A stretch of 64,000 bases of DNA, taken from Octopus vulgaris. Taxonomy: Eukaryota. Numbering within the stretch: the first letter of the stretch is position 1; the number at the start of each line of letters is the position of its first letter. Below the pieces are notes generated by a model, which saw only the letters and a list, made by a program, of their open reading frames with translations, made no database searches and was not told where the DNA came from. The stretch is taken from assembly GCA_951406725.2 (NCBI GenBank), contig OX597815.1:54560001-54624000 (forward strand), read 5' to 3'. Position numbers and translations under genes: made by a program. This document shows positions 23,648 to 37,278 of the stretch, one piece after another.

Positions 23648-26600
23648 TATTTTAAAAATAAAATATGGTCCGTTGTCTTCTGCTGAACCGGGGTCATCCC
23701 TTGACCCTAGGGTCACAACAGGTCCTCATCTCATGGAGAGTACATGGCTTAAAATGTGTGCGGAACTTAGCAACACTATTTTTTAAAGTTCTTCCATGTT
23801 AACACTGCAAGGGATTTTGTTGAACTGCTTATCAAAGCCCTTTTTAATAAGCCCTAACGCTCCAATCACCACTGGTGCTGTGCTGCTTTTCATTCCCCAC
23901 ATCTTGGTCACTTCTATTTCTAGGTCTTTGTACTTAAATAACTTCTTTAATGGACACATTTCTCTCTGATAGTACTGTCAAATCTATCATTAAGCATTTC
24001 TTATTTTTCCCATCTTTGATGATCATGTCCCGCCTGTTTTCCTTGATTTCTTTATCGCTGTTGATTGGCATGTCCCAGAGTACTGTTACATCATCTTTTC
24101 CGGTCGCAGTTTCAGGTTTATGCTGTGGTACCATCTTTCTGAACTTGGAAACTGGTAGTGTTTACATATCTTCCAATGGATATATTGCGCTACTCTATCG
24201 TGTCTAGGAACATATTCAGTTTTTGCAAGCGCTGTGCATCCAGTTAAGATGTGGTTCACTGTTTTATACTGCTCATGACACATTCTGCATTTCATGTCAG
24301 TGCCATCGTTCATGATTTTGTTGTGGTAAGCCCTGGTTGCCAAGCTTTAATCTTGTGCTGCTATGATAAAACCTTCGGTTTCAGTCTTCAGTCCTGGGCT
24401 CTTCGTACATACATAAGTGTCTCGTTTTTCTACATCTGGTTTGTTCGCTCTGCATGGGTATTGGCCATGCATCGGCTTTTCTAGCCATTCTTCTTTGCTC
24501 TTCTTCTGAGCTTGTTTTTTCATCTCTTCCTTAATACTTTTAGCGAAATGGGTTACTTTCTCACTCGCTTTCATCCTAGGTTCCTCCGTCATAAGTTGTT
24601 TCTTAAACTGTACAGATTCTTTGTATACCGAGTATAGCTTCTTTACTTTATCATGCTGGTGCACAAGCTTCATTAGAGGATCTTTTGATAGCTCAAGATA
24701 TGTATTTAATCCTACAGTGGTGGTTTTGTAAGATACTTCTAATTGAGTTAGTCCTCTTCTCGGCAAATAAATCATTCTCACGTCCGCTTTGGGTGGTTCA
24801 TTCAAGCCATGGTTAGTAGTTTTCTGGTCTTGGAGTCTAGCTTTTTTATTTCGCTCTTTTGTCAGTTGATTATGTTGAAACCGTAAGCTACGATAGGTAA
24901 TTCAAGGGTGTTAATGGCTTCTATTTTGTTTGCAGCGTTGAGTTCAGTCTTTGTTACTAACCGTAGTCTCCTATAGTACTCTTTTCTAATCTTCTCTTTC
25001 ATTGCTGAATGTTTTATGCCGTTACTTTCGTCTATGCCTCTTCCTGGTCCAGTGCTCGGATTCTTGCTTCTGTATCTACGTGTATATTCGCAGAACATGC
25101 CAGTTTGCCTCTTATGAAAGTGGTTTTCACGCATTTATCCAGTCCAACTACATCCTGATATCATCACTGAACTTTTTAACCATAGCAAATTGACCTTCTT
25201 CGTCATTTTTTGAATACATTTTCAAATCATCCATGTAGAACAGATGACTCCCTTTTTTCTTTTTGATTTCATATCCATACCCACTTTTGTTGAGCATGGT
25301 ACTTAATGGTGCCAGTGCCAAGCAGAATATTAAGGGTGCTAGCGAATCCCCTTGGAAGATACCACTTTTGATTTTGATTGGTTTGCTTGTTATTGATCCA
25401 CTGAAATGGTTCAGCGTCAACGTAGTTTCCCATGCATTCATGCTATGATTCATAAACTTGATGAGAGTTGGGGAAACTTTGTATACTTCTATCACTTTCA
25501 GAATCCATGAGTGAGGTACACTATCGAACGCCTTTTTATAGTCGATCCATGATGTGCTCAGGTTCGTTTTCCTGGTTTTTCAGTCTTCAAGGATCAGTTT
25601 GTTTATCAGCAATTGGTCCTTGCATCCGTAGCTCCCTCTTCGACAACCGTTTTCTTCTAGTGGTAGTAGGTTGTTTTCTTCTAGAAATGTGTATGTTCTT
25701 TCAGTGATAACATATGTTAATATTTTATACATTGTTGGTCGACAGGTGATTGGTCCATAGTTTTTTGGATTTTCCGTGTCATTTGTCTTTGGTATTAGGT
25801 ATGTCACTCCCTGTGTCAAACAGTCTGGGCTATTTTCTGGGGTTTTAATGACTTCGCTGTATGCTGATGACATATCTCCATGTATATCAGCTAGCTGTTT
25901 AATCCGAAAGTTTGGTACTCGATCTGTTCCCGGTGATTTCCAATTGCTGGCCTTTTTCAGGGCCAGTGTGACCTCCTCCTTTTGAATATCTTCCCATTCC
26001 TGTACTTCTTTATTTTCCAGAAGTGCTTCCAGTTCTTTACTCCATTCTACATCTTCATTATGTTGCTTTTCATTTTCCAATATCGTACTCCAGAAATGTG
26101 GCGATTGTTCAACATTTATTTGTTGTTTACCGAGTTCCCTGTAAAATTTCGATCTTCTTTAAATAATTTGTTTTGTCTAAATTGCTTGTTTCTCTTTATA
26201 TATCGTGACAGTCGTTGTGCCTTTGCTTGGGTTTTCTTTTGCTTCAGGTATTTCATTTTTGTGTTTCATACCATGCTTTTGGCATATTTTCTTGGCTTTT
26301 CTTTGGTTGACCTGGTTTCCGTTACTTATTTCGGTCAGTACTGATAGGTCGCCTTTCATGCATTGTATATCATTTTCTAAGTTTTCTTTCCATTTTAGTT
26401 GTCTTTTCTTCTGTTGAACAGTTTTCTTTTTTAGTTTTATGGCTTTGCTTCAGTAATAGTTGCAGCTGCAGCATAGACTAGTTGGTTTAACGATGCTATA
26501 TTTAGTGGTTCTATTGTTGTCGATTTTATCTTATCTATTACATTATTGCTAATTTTAATCAACTCCTTCAGGTTATTATCCATACTGACTTTGATAGGAG

Positions 26601-27678
26601 CTCTCTGTCTGTGATGTCTTATGCTTTTACCTGTTCCCATTATTTTCTCTGTATTTCTTTTAGTTCCAAATATTTCTCCCTATCCATGTCACTGTTTCAT
26701 GCTGCTGGTTGTTTTACAGGTTCTTCTATCTCATTACCCACAGAGGGCTCCTCAAATACATCTTCTTCTTGGTTTTCTGTAGTCCCTATTTCTATTTCGT
26801 TTGTATTTGGTGTTATACGGTGAGATCTGTTGACTTTTTCTTTTATTTCTTCCAGCTCAGTGTCTGTGAGCCTCCAGTTTTTTAATGATATCTCTTCAGA
26901 CATTCCCTAACTTGTTGGGATCCACATTTAACCTTGAAGTTGGATTTTGTTGTCACCATAATTGATAAGTTCTTTTTGTCATGTTATCTTCTGATGGTGT
27001 GACTACCGCCGTGTAGCATGCTTCCATTACTAGTTTATACTCTTCCCGATTCCATTTAGTTCTAGGGGCTTTGCATGTAGTATAGCTTGCATCGGTGGGG
27101 CTCAGGGTGAGGTTTTCCTCGGTTAAGTTGCCCACAGTTGCCCGGGAGTAGGTAGATTTCGAATCAGTAACCAACATTTCGCTCCCAGCCTGACTCCTCG
27201 TTAGGGGGCGCGCTCCTTGTTGATCCGCGAGACGAGTGATGCGGTATGAGTTGTTTTTTTTTAATTTATCCATTATGGGTAAACTACTGGGTATATTGAT
27301 GGTGATTAGCCACATACTCATGGAGTGACTGAGTGTGCCCTATGTGTATCACACACATTGCTGGTTCCGCCTTCAAGGCCGTTGTCCATCTGACTCTATG
27401 GGTCATCCACTCTCTCCGCCATCTCAGACTTCATGCACTTAAGGGAAGGTATCCCTTCAGCTACAACAGCAGTCTAACTGCCGTTGCCCCTCACTTAGTT
27501 TAGCCCCACTGTCGAGTGGATGTCCCGAGGCATCACCGCCGGAGTGCACAACCGGCTACTTGGAGTCAAGTGAGAGTTGAGCTTTTGTTGTGAAGCAGTC
27601 ATCATCATCCATGCCATGCTCTTGGCATGCGACAGATAGTGAACAGAAGTGCTATCACTAACAAATACCCATATGCCC

Positions 27679-27679
<1 letters not shown>
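23648..27679 (-). mobile_element. Near full-length R4/Dong LINE (~4 kb) with a disrupted single ORF
   Basis: 5' UTR, KWNREEYKLVMEACY, KSPGTDRVPNF, PITCRPTMYK, GIFQGDSL, HLFYMDDLK, MHGQY, CRMC..H..C, VLWDMPI, and a stop at ~23726. TTA flanks on both sides. Confidence 0.93.
27488..27679 (-). ncRNA. HDV-like ribozyme fold at the Dong 5' end
   Basis: P1 GGGGCAU/AUGCCUC; P3 CAC/GUG; L3 UCCGGCG; P1.1 CC/GG; P4 CCAC/GUGG; GCUAA; P2 CUCUCACUU/AAGUGAGGG. Confidence 0.65.
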
Positions 27680-27750
<71 letters not shown>

Positions 27751-27751
<1 letters not shown>

Positions 27752-27860
27752 TCCGCCGTGTTCGACATTACCTTTCATCCTTTCGGGGTCGATAAAAGAA
27801 GTACCAGTTGAACACTAGGATTGATGTAATCGACTCATCCTCTTCTCCAAAATTCTGTAC
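27751..27860 (+). mobile_element. SINE fragment
   Basis: CCTTTCATCCTTTCGGGGTCGATAAAAGAAGTACCAG core. Confidence 0.8.
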
Positions 27861-28153
27861 TCCAAACTGCATTGTCTTTTGGGTTAAAGAAATTTAATGA
27901 AAAGTCAGTGTTTATAAACGTCTTGTTCTAGCTTGAATCTATACATAATGATGATATATCCAGGCAGGAACTTTTGACTAATGTCATGAAGCAATAATAT
28001 TCAAAACAGCATAACGTACACACACAAGGTTCAAACGTTGCAAAATATATATCACCTAGGCTCAAAATATACTTTCTGTAGCATAGTTATACTACCAAAT
28101 TTTTTTTAGAGAATATTTCCAACAGAAATATTGCAGCGTTGGGTGGTCACCAA

Positions 28154-29790
28154 TTTAGCGAAAACGTATGATAGTCAGTAATATGACGCGTTACAAAAAG
28201 TTATTAAACACCTTGTAAATCAATATGCAAAGGTTGTCAGAATATAAAGAATTTAGCAAAAACATTAGTAATATAACGCGTTACAGAAAGTTATTCAACA
28301 CCTTGTAAATCAATATGCAAAGGTTGTCAGAATATACATTCAAATAACCATGGTAAATTCAATTGCTACAAACATTAGTTTCATTCAAGAATGTCATAAT
28401 GAAGAAAGTTAACAGTGTGCAGAAACAATCAGAAGGCAATAATTTCTCGTTATGTTCAAATAAAATACTTTATCTCCAGACTTCTAGAACACTGAACAGT
28501 TTTGTGCAACAAGGACTTTTAATGTGTACAAACATTAAATTATAGACCTCAGTCTGACAAGAATATAGTGGAAGACATGGATAGATTTGGTTTCACTTAC
28601 TACATACTACTTTAAGGCAGTTCAACAAGCCTTAAAGATGAAGCTGGATATACATTCCATAGTACAGATTCTAGTACTCCTGAAGAGACCAAATTCAGCA
28701 AGCCAAATGAATTGATATAATAAACTCATTACAGGCATACAACTTGAATGTCAAATGAAAAAATGGATACGAAGAGTCAGAGTTGCTCAGGATAACCCAG
28801 GGAAAATAATGATCAGGAAACAAACAGGTTACTTTCCATGTTCTAGATGAGGCTGATAAAAAGAGAAGTTTCAAACGACGTGGTTGACTGACGAACATAC
28901 CAGCAGCAACTGAATTAACTTTCTGTTTGAAGAATCGTTCTAGCCTTGGGCAAAAGTTGTTTGAATCCGTACAACGCCAACCCTGCCTAATTAGAGTCTG
29001 TCCAAACAACTAACTCGCGCTCCAGTAAAAAAAAAGCAGTTTTATCATTTACTACACATTAGCAATTCTGTCGTCCTTGCTAATCTTAGCAAATGTGCAC
29101 GAAATTAGTGCCAGGTACATCTTTAAATTTTTTCCTAGAGCTACTGCTAGCTCACCTTACATTCAGCAATTCATATACTTTCTGCCATGATGGATGTTGA
29201 TTCCATTTTGCTATTCTTGTAATGTTTATTCATATTTGTTTGGCATTTTGTTTCCTTTTTCTTGCACTTGTATGAACATTTATTTCTTGCAAACATTTGT
29301 TTTTGCTGGACATTTATTTTATACTCATTGTTTGTTTTACTATCGACTTTCAGTCTGCTGACGGTAAAATATAGTAGGACATGATAAAACATTTTTTTTT
29401 TTTGTTTTACTGGAGCGCGAGTTAGTTGTTTGGACAGACTCTAATTAGGCAGGATTTGCGTTGTACGGATTCAAACAACTTTCGCCCAAGGCTAGAACGG
29501 TTCTTCAAACAGAAAGTTAATTCAGTTGCACAAAACTGTTCTGCGTTCTAGAAGTCTGGAGATAAAGTATTTTATTTGAACATAACGAGAAATGAATGCC
29601 TTCTGATTGTTTCTGCACACTGTTAACTTTCTTCATTATGACATTCTTGAATGAAACTAATGTTTGTAGCAATCGAATTTATCATGGTTATTTGAATGTA
29701 TATTCTGACAACCTTTGCATATTGATTTACAAAGTGTTGAATAATTTCTCTACGGCCTCATATTACTGACTATCGTACGTTTTTGCTAAA
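28154..29790. repeat. Foldback-like structure with ~390-bp inverted arms
   Basis: 29400-29790 is the reverse complement of 28154-28510 plus 28911-29030. The left arm has a ~90-bp tandem duplication and 400 extra bp bounded by GCAAC. Confidence 0.88.
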
Positions 29791-30672
29791 CAGTTCTCTC
29801 TCAGTCAAGCAATGCGGTCGGTGGAAGTTCCAGTCAGGCATTCTATAGCTGAAATGTGGCGGGTAATTACGACGACGTTCTTTGGGAGATTGTGGGCGTT
29901 GATGAGAATGATTAGGCTGGTCTATTCCGGTGGGCTTTCTGGTTGGGGCTGAATGTGCTATCGGTGGGGATTGCCAGTTCGAGATAAGCTCTACAGGCAG
30001 GGAAGTACGATCAACCGGGCTTGCCCGAGGTGCACGCAGAGTGACGAAACTGTTTTGCATGCTCTCGTCCAGTGTCTAAGCATTACTAACTTGTGGGTTT
30101 ATGTCGAAGACCTGCTGTTGCGTGCAGGGCTGATCCGGTATCAGCTGAGTCCATCGTGAATATCGCCCCGCCTGTCCTTCCTTTGGCAGGGAAAGACAGG
30201 CAATGTTTCTTTGTCTGGTGGCCTTAGCGAAAGAAGTTGTGTGGTAAACAAGGTTAAAAGTGCTGAAGACAGGCACTTACCTCTTTGGCCAAGCTCTCAT
30301 CAACGTTTTCATATTTCACTTGAAAAGCAAAGTGAGGGTAGAGAAGGAAGAGCTGCCTCCCAGCAATTCTGTTAAAAGGCAGGTGAATGTAATGCGAATG
30401 GCTCGAGTGGACGGACCTACTTTAAGCATGCGTCTCTAGATCGGAGGTAGATGAACAGGAGAAGGCATTTACCCTAGAGGTCAAAGCGACTGTGGTTTTT
30501 GTGGGGTTTCCACGAACAGCCTTTGGAAGTCTCCATCAATTGAGGATTTATTTGTTATAATTTTTGTTGTTATTCCCTTTTTACACGATTCAATCCCAGT
30601 TTATATGTATTGTATGTCCTATACCATCCCCAATCTTTTATATTAACCCGCCGTGGTTAATAAAGAATGGAC
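29791..30672 (+). mobile_element. L1/Tx1-type LINE 3' fragment
   Basis: LPVRDKL...CPRCTQSDETVLHALVQC...LW is a zf-RVT CCHC motif. The 3' end runs into (TTA)n. Confidence 0.8.
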
Positions 30673-30677
30673 TATTA

Positions 30678-30740
<63 letters not shown>

Positions 30741-30905
30741 AAATTCAAAGACTGATGATGTCATTCCTTTAGCGTGAGGACGCTGGTTGCTCTCGTTCAT
30801 ATTTTGGAGTTGAATTTCTATAATTTACAATTTTTATCACTTTTCATTTTGAACTCAACAAAGACAGGCTAGCTGTCAAAATATCGTTCAACCAATAAAA
30901 TATTA

Positions 30906-30967
<62 letters not shown>

Positions 30968-30977
30968 TTCATTATTA

Positions 30978-31324
30978 ACTTCTTTCAATTCTGTTTCCAT
31001 TTCTTACCGAGAGTCTTCCTGAAACCTAGAGCAGAGAAACGCACTGTATACATTAGTAGGCCATTAAAATAGATACACCAAATTGTTCATTTACAAAGTC
31101 ATGTGATAAAGAAAAGGGAAAGAAAGATAGAGAGAAAACGGGGAAGAAAGGGAGAAAACGGTGAAGAAAGAAAGAAAACGGTGAAGAAAGAGAGAAAACG
31201 AGAAAGAAAGACAGAGACAAAAAGGAAAAAATAAAAAGTAAACAAATAAAGGGGAAAAGGAGAGAAAATTCACAGCGACAATGTTCTTCTCAGTACGTGT
31301 GACATACCAGTTAAGACAATCTTT
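30978..31324 (-). mobile_element. Dong LINE extreme 3' fragment
   Basis: IQEVQKIVLTGMSHVLRRTLSL*, with a UTR related to 20710-20810. Confidence 0.8.
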
Positions 31325-31355
31325 TGCACTTCCTGTATGGATGTTAATAATAATA

Positions 31356-31449
<94 letters not shown>

Positions 31450-31451
31450 TT

Positions 31452-31640
31452 AAAACAGTGAGGTGGGGCAGATTCTTTAGCACGCTGGACGAAATGCTTA
31501 GCTACGATCTGAGTTCAAATTCTGCCGAGGTCGACTTTGCCTTTCATCCATTCGGGGTCGATAAAATAAGTAACAGTTACGCACTGGAGTCGATGTAATC
31601 GACTAAATCTCTTCCCCCAAATTTCAGGACTTGTGCTAAT
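31452..31640 (+). mobile_element. SINE (Deu/Nin-like)
   Basis: Head, B-box-like GAGTTCAAATTC and the core sequence. Confidence 0.85.
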
Positions 31641-32710
31641 CATGCGATCGAAATAGTTATCTTATACTTGTTTCTAAAGAACTCTCACGCAACCAAGGTT
31701 CATAGCCCCAAATCCTAAATACCACATAATTGTACTATAGAACAGATGAAAATCACGACCTGCAAATCCTCGTTAAAATGTGACTCATTTTATCAAGTGG
31801 GTGTTTATACACAGTTTCTATAAGATATCATCCGAAAAATGCCTTTGTGCATGACACAACCTTCGATCCCACTCGTCTGCTTTCTATAATATGTGCACGG
31901 TGTGTCAGTAGGTACGAATATGTTTATAACACTACGAAAAATCAAGGAATTTTGTAGTCACCCCTTTTAGTTTTGGACATTGCGCTATTAAAACCTACTA
32001 AATACTACAAATGCTTTTGATTTCCAATCTCTGGATGATTTGTCCAGATGATTTCTTATCTCGTTGCGTGTATTTCTGGAACCCCTTATTGCTTCGGTGA
32101 GATTTGAACTGCGAATGTAAATAAACTATAAGAACTAACGCAATACTGACCCTCTGACGATGTAGCCAAGTCACGGCCAGAAATTCTGCATCGATAGTAA
32201 ATATAATATTAGTATACTGAATTATTATTTATAGTGCATTAATAATGCCTGCAAGAATGGAAGTTCTGAAACGATATCATTTTTACTGTTTACAAAAGGA
32301 CGTGAAGTTTAATGGATGCTTTTAACAATCCATTAAATGGATCCCATTAATTCATTTACGTTCTTCATCATATTTTCTGAGTTACAACCCTGCCTACCTT
32401 GACATTAACTTTCATCGATGAAATAACTACCAGTCGCGTACTGTGCCAGTCGACTATTATTTAGAATCAATAAAAGTATCAATTCTTCAGGGGTACACTT
32501 AAGTCTTAACCTTGGGTGATTTAACGGGCTACAAGAATTTAAGGCAGATAACGAACATGGTACAAGAGTGGTGAATGACAGAATTTGTTACATTATACAT
32601 GTAAGAGAAATAAGTATTGCATGGCAACCGCAATAATTATATTCTATTCAAGAACTGAACTCAAAGAGTGTTTGTGTGTGTATGTGTTTGTGTGTGTGTG
32701 TGTGTGTGTA

Positions 32711-32750
<40 letters not shown>

Positions 32751-34735
32751 TGTGTGTGCGTGCGTATGTTCGTACCTATATGTGTGTGTGCGTAAATTCC
32801 AAGCTGAACGGCAAAAAAGAAATCATGGATGAAATCATATGGCTTTTAATAATTTTAATAAGACGACCTTTCCGATAGTAATAAATTACATTAGCAAAAT
32901 TAAGTTAATGCAATATTACAAAAATAATACACAAGAACGAGAAGTAATTAGAAATGTTCTGTTGAGTATCTCAAACCATTTGGTAAGAACATTTCTTTTT
33001 TCAATTAGAAGCTAATTGTATAACCGACATTAAGTTCTGTATTATGAAGTATGGAATATTTGCTCTCCATAACAGAAGTTTATACATAACAATGATGATT
33101 TATATTGTTGATACAATACCGCACAATATTGGAAATGGGAGTAGTCAACTACGGCTCTACTTGCAAATATATTTCATTGGCTCCGTTCCCTGTCAGATAT
33201 GACATTTCGTTTTTTACACTACCGTTTTAATTACTAAACCGCATTTTTACAGTACCGTTTTAGTTACTAAACTGCATTGATACGAATTTTTTATGTATTA
33301 GCAAAGATCACACATTTTTGAGAGGAAGGCAAAAGTCGATGAAGAACTGAAGGCAAACTTAGTTCCGGCAGAATTTGATCTCAGATGTCATGAAATGGAA
33401 GGAAATGTCAAGTAGTTTGCTAGTTCGACCACTCAACCACATTCACTTTTATGTGGTTCGTAAATACCTGTGACAGAAGTTTGAGAATGGGTATAACAAA
33501 ATGTAGTTGACCAAAAAATATGACTTGATAGATACTGAGGGTAGGGAGAAAAGCAAATGTGAACTCATGTGGCTTGAACTCGAAATACGAAAGAAATCGT
33601 TGACAAAAAGATATCTACATAACGTTTTTGCCGGTTAAATAAACAAAATGTATCAAACGGCTTTTAGAGAGCCCGAGTTAATAGCTGAAGGCCTGCTAGA
33701 AACAGAAACTACACTTTCCTTTACTTTCATCTTACTGCCTTAAACAGAGAAAGATTAATTAAATAATGTAGTTGCTGGTATATCATAAGATATACTACCT
33801 TCAGTCATAGGACTGCTTGTTGAGAACTGACCAGGATCAAAATAACAAAATATCACCATAAACATAAATGGAACTCAAACGATTGACATCTTTGAACTGT
33901 TTATTTGCAAAAGGTTCTATTTTATGATGCCAGTAAGCGTATAATCCATTGTATCTTTATAATTCTTTCAGTAAATACAGTTAAGACTGTTGTTTATTCT
34001 GTACTACTTTCATACTCCCGTGTTTATGTGTACAGATGTACAACCCCGCACACGTTTATACATTTGAGTAAGTGCGTATGAGTGTGTGTGCCTTCGTATG
34101 TGTATATGTATGTGTAAATTAAATAGTAATTCGAGTTTCATGTTATGTATATGCCTGCTTCATACCAATTTATTATTGGAGCAACAGGATACGTGCCAAC
34201 CCGTCTGAAGTAAAGTATGAGTGAACCGAACTACTTAATTCATACACTACAAATGATCATGATATCTGGAACAATAAAAAATTTGCAAGTTCTTCTAAGA
34301 TTTAAAGGCTGATGAACAAAACAGCTTTGCTACTAAACAGGTGGCCGCTCTAAATTAACTCTCTATATGTAAGAGAATAAGAACATTCAAACAAGCATAC
34401 ATACCTACATACATATGTGCATGCAGACAGACAGACAGATAGGCATGCATGCATACATATAAATAAAAGTTCTGTAATTTGCTCGAAGCATTGCAATGTG
34501 TAAACAAAATAAATATTTTAAGAATCCCTTTAAGCAATGCAGGTGAGAAGTCAGGCGAAATGCATGAGGTGATGCCAATAATTAAAGACAAATACAAGAT
34601 ATTGTATCACCCTACGTAAATTGTTTAGTGCTTGAATCATTTGGGGAAACATTCCGTCTATCAAATATCTTTGTGTATATCTTTTTTTTATAAAAAGAAA
34701 ATTTAAAGAAATATGATAGAAAAAGCAACAAAAAT

Positions 34736-34931
34736 ATTCTTTTCTACTCTAGGCACAAGGCCCGAAATTTTGGGGGATGGGACAGTCGATTAGATCGACC
34801 CCAGTACGCAACAAGTACTTAATTTATCGACCCTGAAAATATGAAAGGCAAAAGTCGACCTCGGCGGAATTTGAACTCAGGACGTAAAGACAGACCAAAT
34901 ACCCTAAGCATTTCTTCCAGCTCGCCGCCTT
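34736..34931 (-). mobile_element. SINE, tail type A
   Basis: Core plus tail CCTTGTGCCTAGAGTAGAAAAGAATA, as at ~11290. Confidence 0.88.
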
Positions 34932-34945
34932 AGAAACAACAAAAA

Positions 34946-35179
34946 TATTTATTTCTTTATTTCCCACAAAGGGCTAAACAAAGAGGGGACAAACACGGAC
35001 AGACAAAGGGATTAAGAGATTACATCGACTCCAGGGTGTAATTGGTACTTATTTAATCAACCCCGAAAGGATGAAAGGCAAGTCGACCTCGGCAGAATTT
35101 GAGCTCAGAACACAAAGACAGACGAAATACCCTAAGTATTTCGTCCGGCGTGCTAACGTTTCTGTCAGCTAACCGCCTT
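34946..35179 (-). mobile_element. SINE, tail type B
   Basis: Core plus tail GTCTGTCC..TTTGTCCCCTC..TTTAGCCC..AAGAAATA, as at ~6080. Confidence 0.88.
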
Positions 35180-35204
35180 AGAAACAACAAAAACATTGCC
35201 TTCA

Positions 35205-35295
35205 AATGGAGCTCTAGCAAAAGACACTTGGCACGCAGTGTGACTGAACCTGAAAACACGTGTTTGGAAAGCAAGCTTCTTAACACACAGCCTGA
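35205..35295 (-). mobile_element. tRNA-derived SINE head fragment (different family)
   Basis: GGCTGTGTGTTAAGAAGCTTGCTT...GGTTCAGTC contains A- and B-box-like motifs. Confidence 0.55.
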
Positions 35296-36253
35296 TTGAA
35301 TGCGTGTGCGTGTGTGTATTTGTGTTTGTGCGATTGTGGTGATTGTGTGTATGTGTGTGTGTGTAAAGCACTTAACCATTACCTAAATAGGAAAGGGGGA
35401 AGAGAAACTGCTATAATGAAATGAGTATGGAAAGTATGCATATGTGCAGTTAGCTCGGAAGTCTCTACCAATAGAGTCTCCTGAGCTGGCTACAAAACGG
35501 AAATAGAAAGAGTATGATAGTTCCAAGCTGTTAGCTTAGTACTGGTTCATTCAGCTTTGTAAGAATGAACATGAAAACATAAATATTACAACATATCAAA
35601 GTATTTTTTTATATAAATTATATTAGGAATAGTGATGAATAGATTAAAATTGCAAATCGAAAGCGAGAAACGGAGGGAGGGGGAGAGACTCTGTGATTGT
35701 TCCCGATAAATAGTTTAGTATTATTCAATTCACTCAGATGATGGGTACATGTCGAATTAATGATGACATTTAGTAAAGGTGCCCGGTGTAACATTTGGTT
35801 AGTTTGTAGATTTATTAAGATTTTTGCGTGTAAGATTCTTCTCGGCTGTGCACTTCCCACAATCTTTTGGTCTTGTGTCCCATCTTTGTAGGGTTTGCAT
35901 ATCGTCCGATTTATGCTGAAATCAGTAACATGTTATTTTAAAATTCAAGCATAGATGCATAGTTTTGTTGTATTCTACTTTTCATTTCTGAAGGAAAACG
36001 AACAGTTATAGTATCTCATTTAAATTTAACTTCCACCTATTTTACGTAGAATTTAATCAATAGAATTGTCTCCAAAACATCTCTCCATCACACCTCACAC
36101 TACAACGTTAATGCTCCTCCACTCAAACCAATAAATTCAAGGAAAGTTTAATTTTAAGAGAGACTATATAAGCCAGGATTAACTTCGTCCGGCGTTGGGT
36201 TAGCTGCCCGTAACTTCGAAGTTACTGTCGGTAATATTCTAGTTTTTAAGAAC

Positions 36254-36359
<106 letters not shown>

Positions 36360-36573
36360 GTTGAGATTCAGTTGAATTAGGTACTTAAGTTGAAGCACCA
36401 AGTCAGCCCGGTATTATCCGTACAACTTGAAGTAAGGTGAATAAAATCGAAATAAGTCTATTCTTAGCTAGAATAACGACAACACGAATTTCTTCCATCT
36501 CCTTGCTCTGTTAAAATATTTGAGAAAAATTATATTAATGTGCCCGACTGGTTAAAATTGTATTCATTTATAT

Positions 36574-36641
36574 GTGCAGCTAAAGATGTAATGATTGAAA
36601 TGTTCAGTTAAATGGAGCCGCTTGAAACGGTCGTACTGCAT
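36574..36641 (+). ncRNA. Decayed hammerhead motif at a PLE-like end
   Basis: GUGCAG-CUAAAGA(G5A)-...-GAAA-cggucg-UA/CUGCAU. The element ends at (TA)n ~30 bp downstream. Confidence 0.4.
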
Positions 36642-36684
36642 CACTACTTGGTATCCTGTTACTTATTTTGACATATATATATAT

Positions 36685-37278
36685 AGTTAATCCAAACATG
36701 AGAACACAAAGAGAAAACACAACAACGCGAGGAATACGCAGTGACATTCACAGCCATGCTAAACTAAAAGGTGAGCTCCATCAGCCAATTAGCATGACAC
36801 ATGGTCCATCAGAAGAATTTCTGTGAGGTTGCTACAATTGATAGCTAGAATTAAGCAGAAGGTCTGCTGAACTTGTTGATCACGGGTGCATAGATATGAC
36901 ATATCCTAAGGAGATGATGATAATAAAACAAATGAGACAAAGTTGACAAATGGCAAATTCCATTCAAGTCAGTAGTTCGACTAGCACTGTTCAAAATGTT
37001 TTTGTGAGGCGTTTACTCACTGAACCACAATTAGGACGTCCGAACTGGAGCACGCGTTTAAAAAGTCTATCAAAAACGGGATACATTCTGATGAACAACG
37101 TAAAGTAACTTAAGAGATGTATTTAAAAAATATCCAAGGGCAAAATGCCAACAAATCTTAACCAAGTAATGCATCAACCGTTTTTATGTTATGTGATCCG
37201 AAATGCAGTTATGTAGTCCGAAATGATTGCGTATTCCTCGTGTTGTTGTGTTTTCTCTTTGTGTTTTCATGTTTGGAT

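Noticed and set aside
28675-28710. CTGAAGAG motif in the foldback insert
   Set aside because: No stem II or GAAA follows.
33211-33276. 33-bp tandem duplication (also a 25-bp one at ~51622 and a 22-bp one at ~40815)
   Set aside because: Two-copy local duplications without spacers; not CRISPR-like and not obviously functional.
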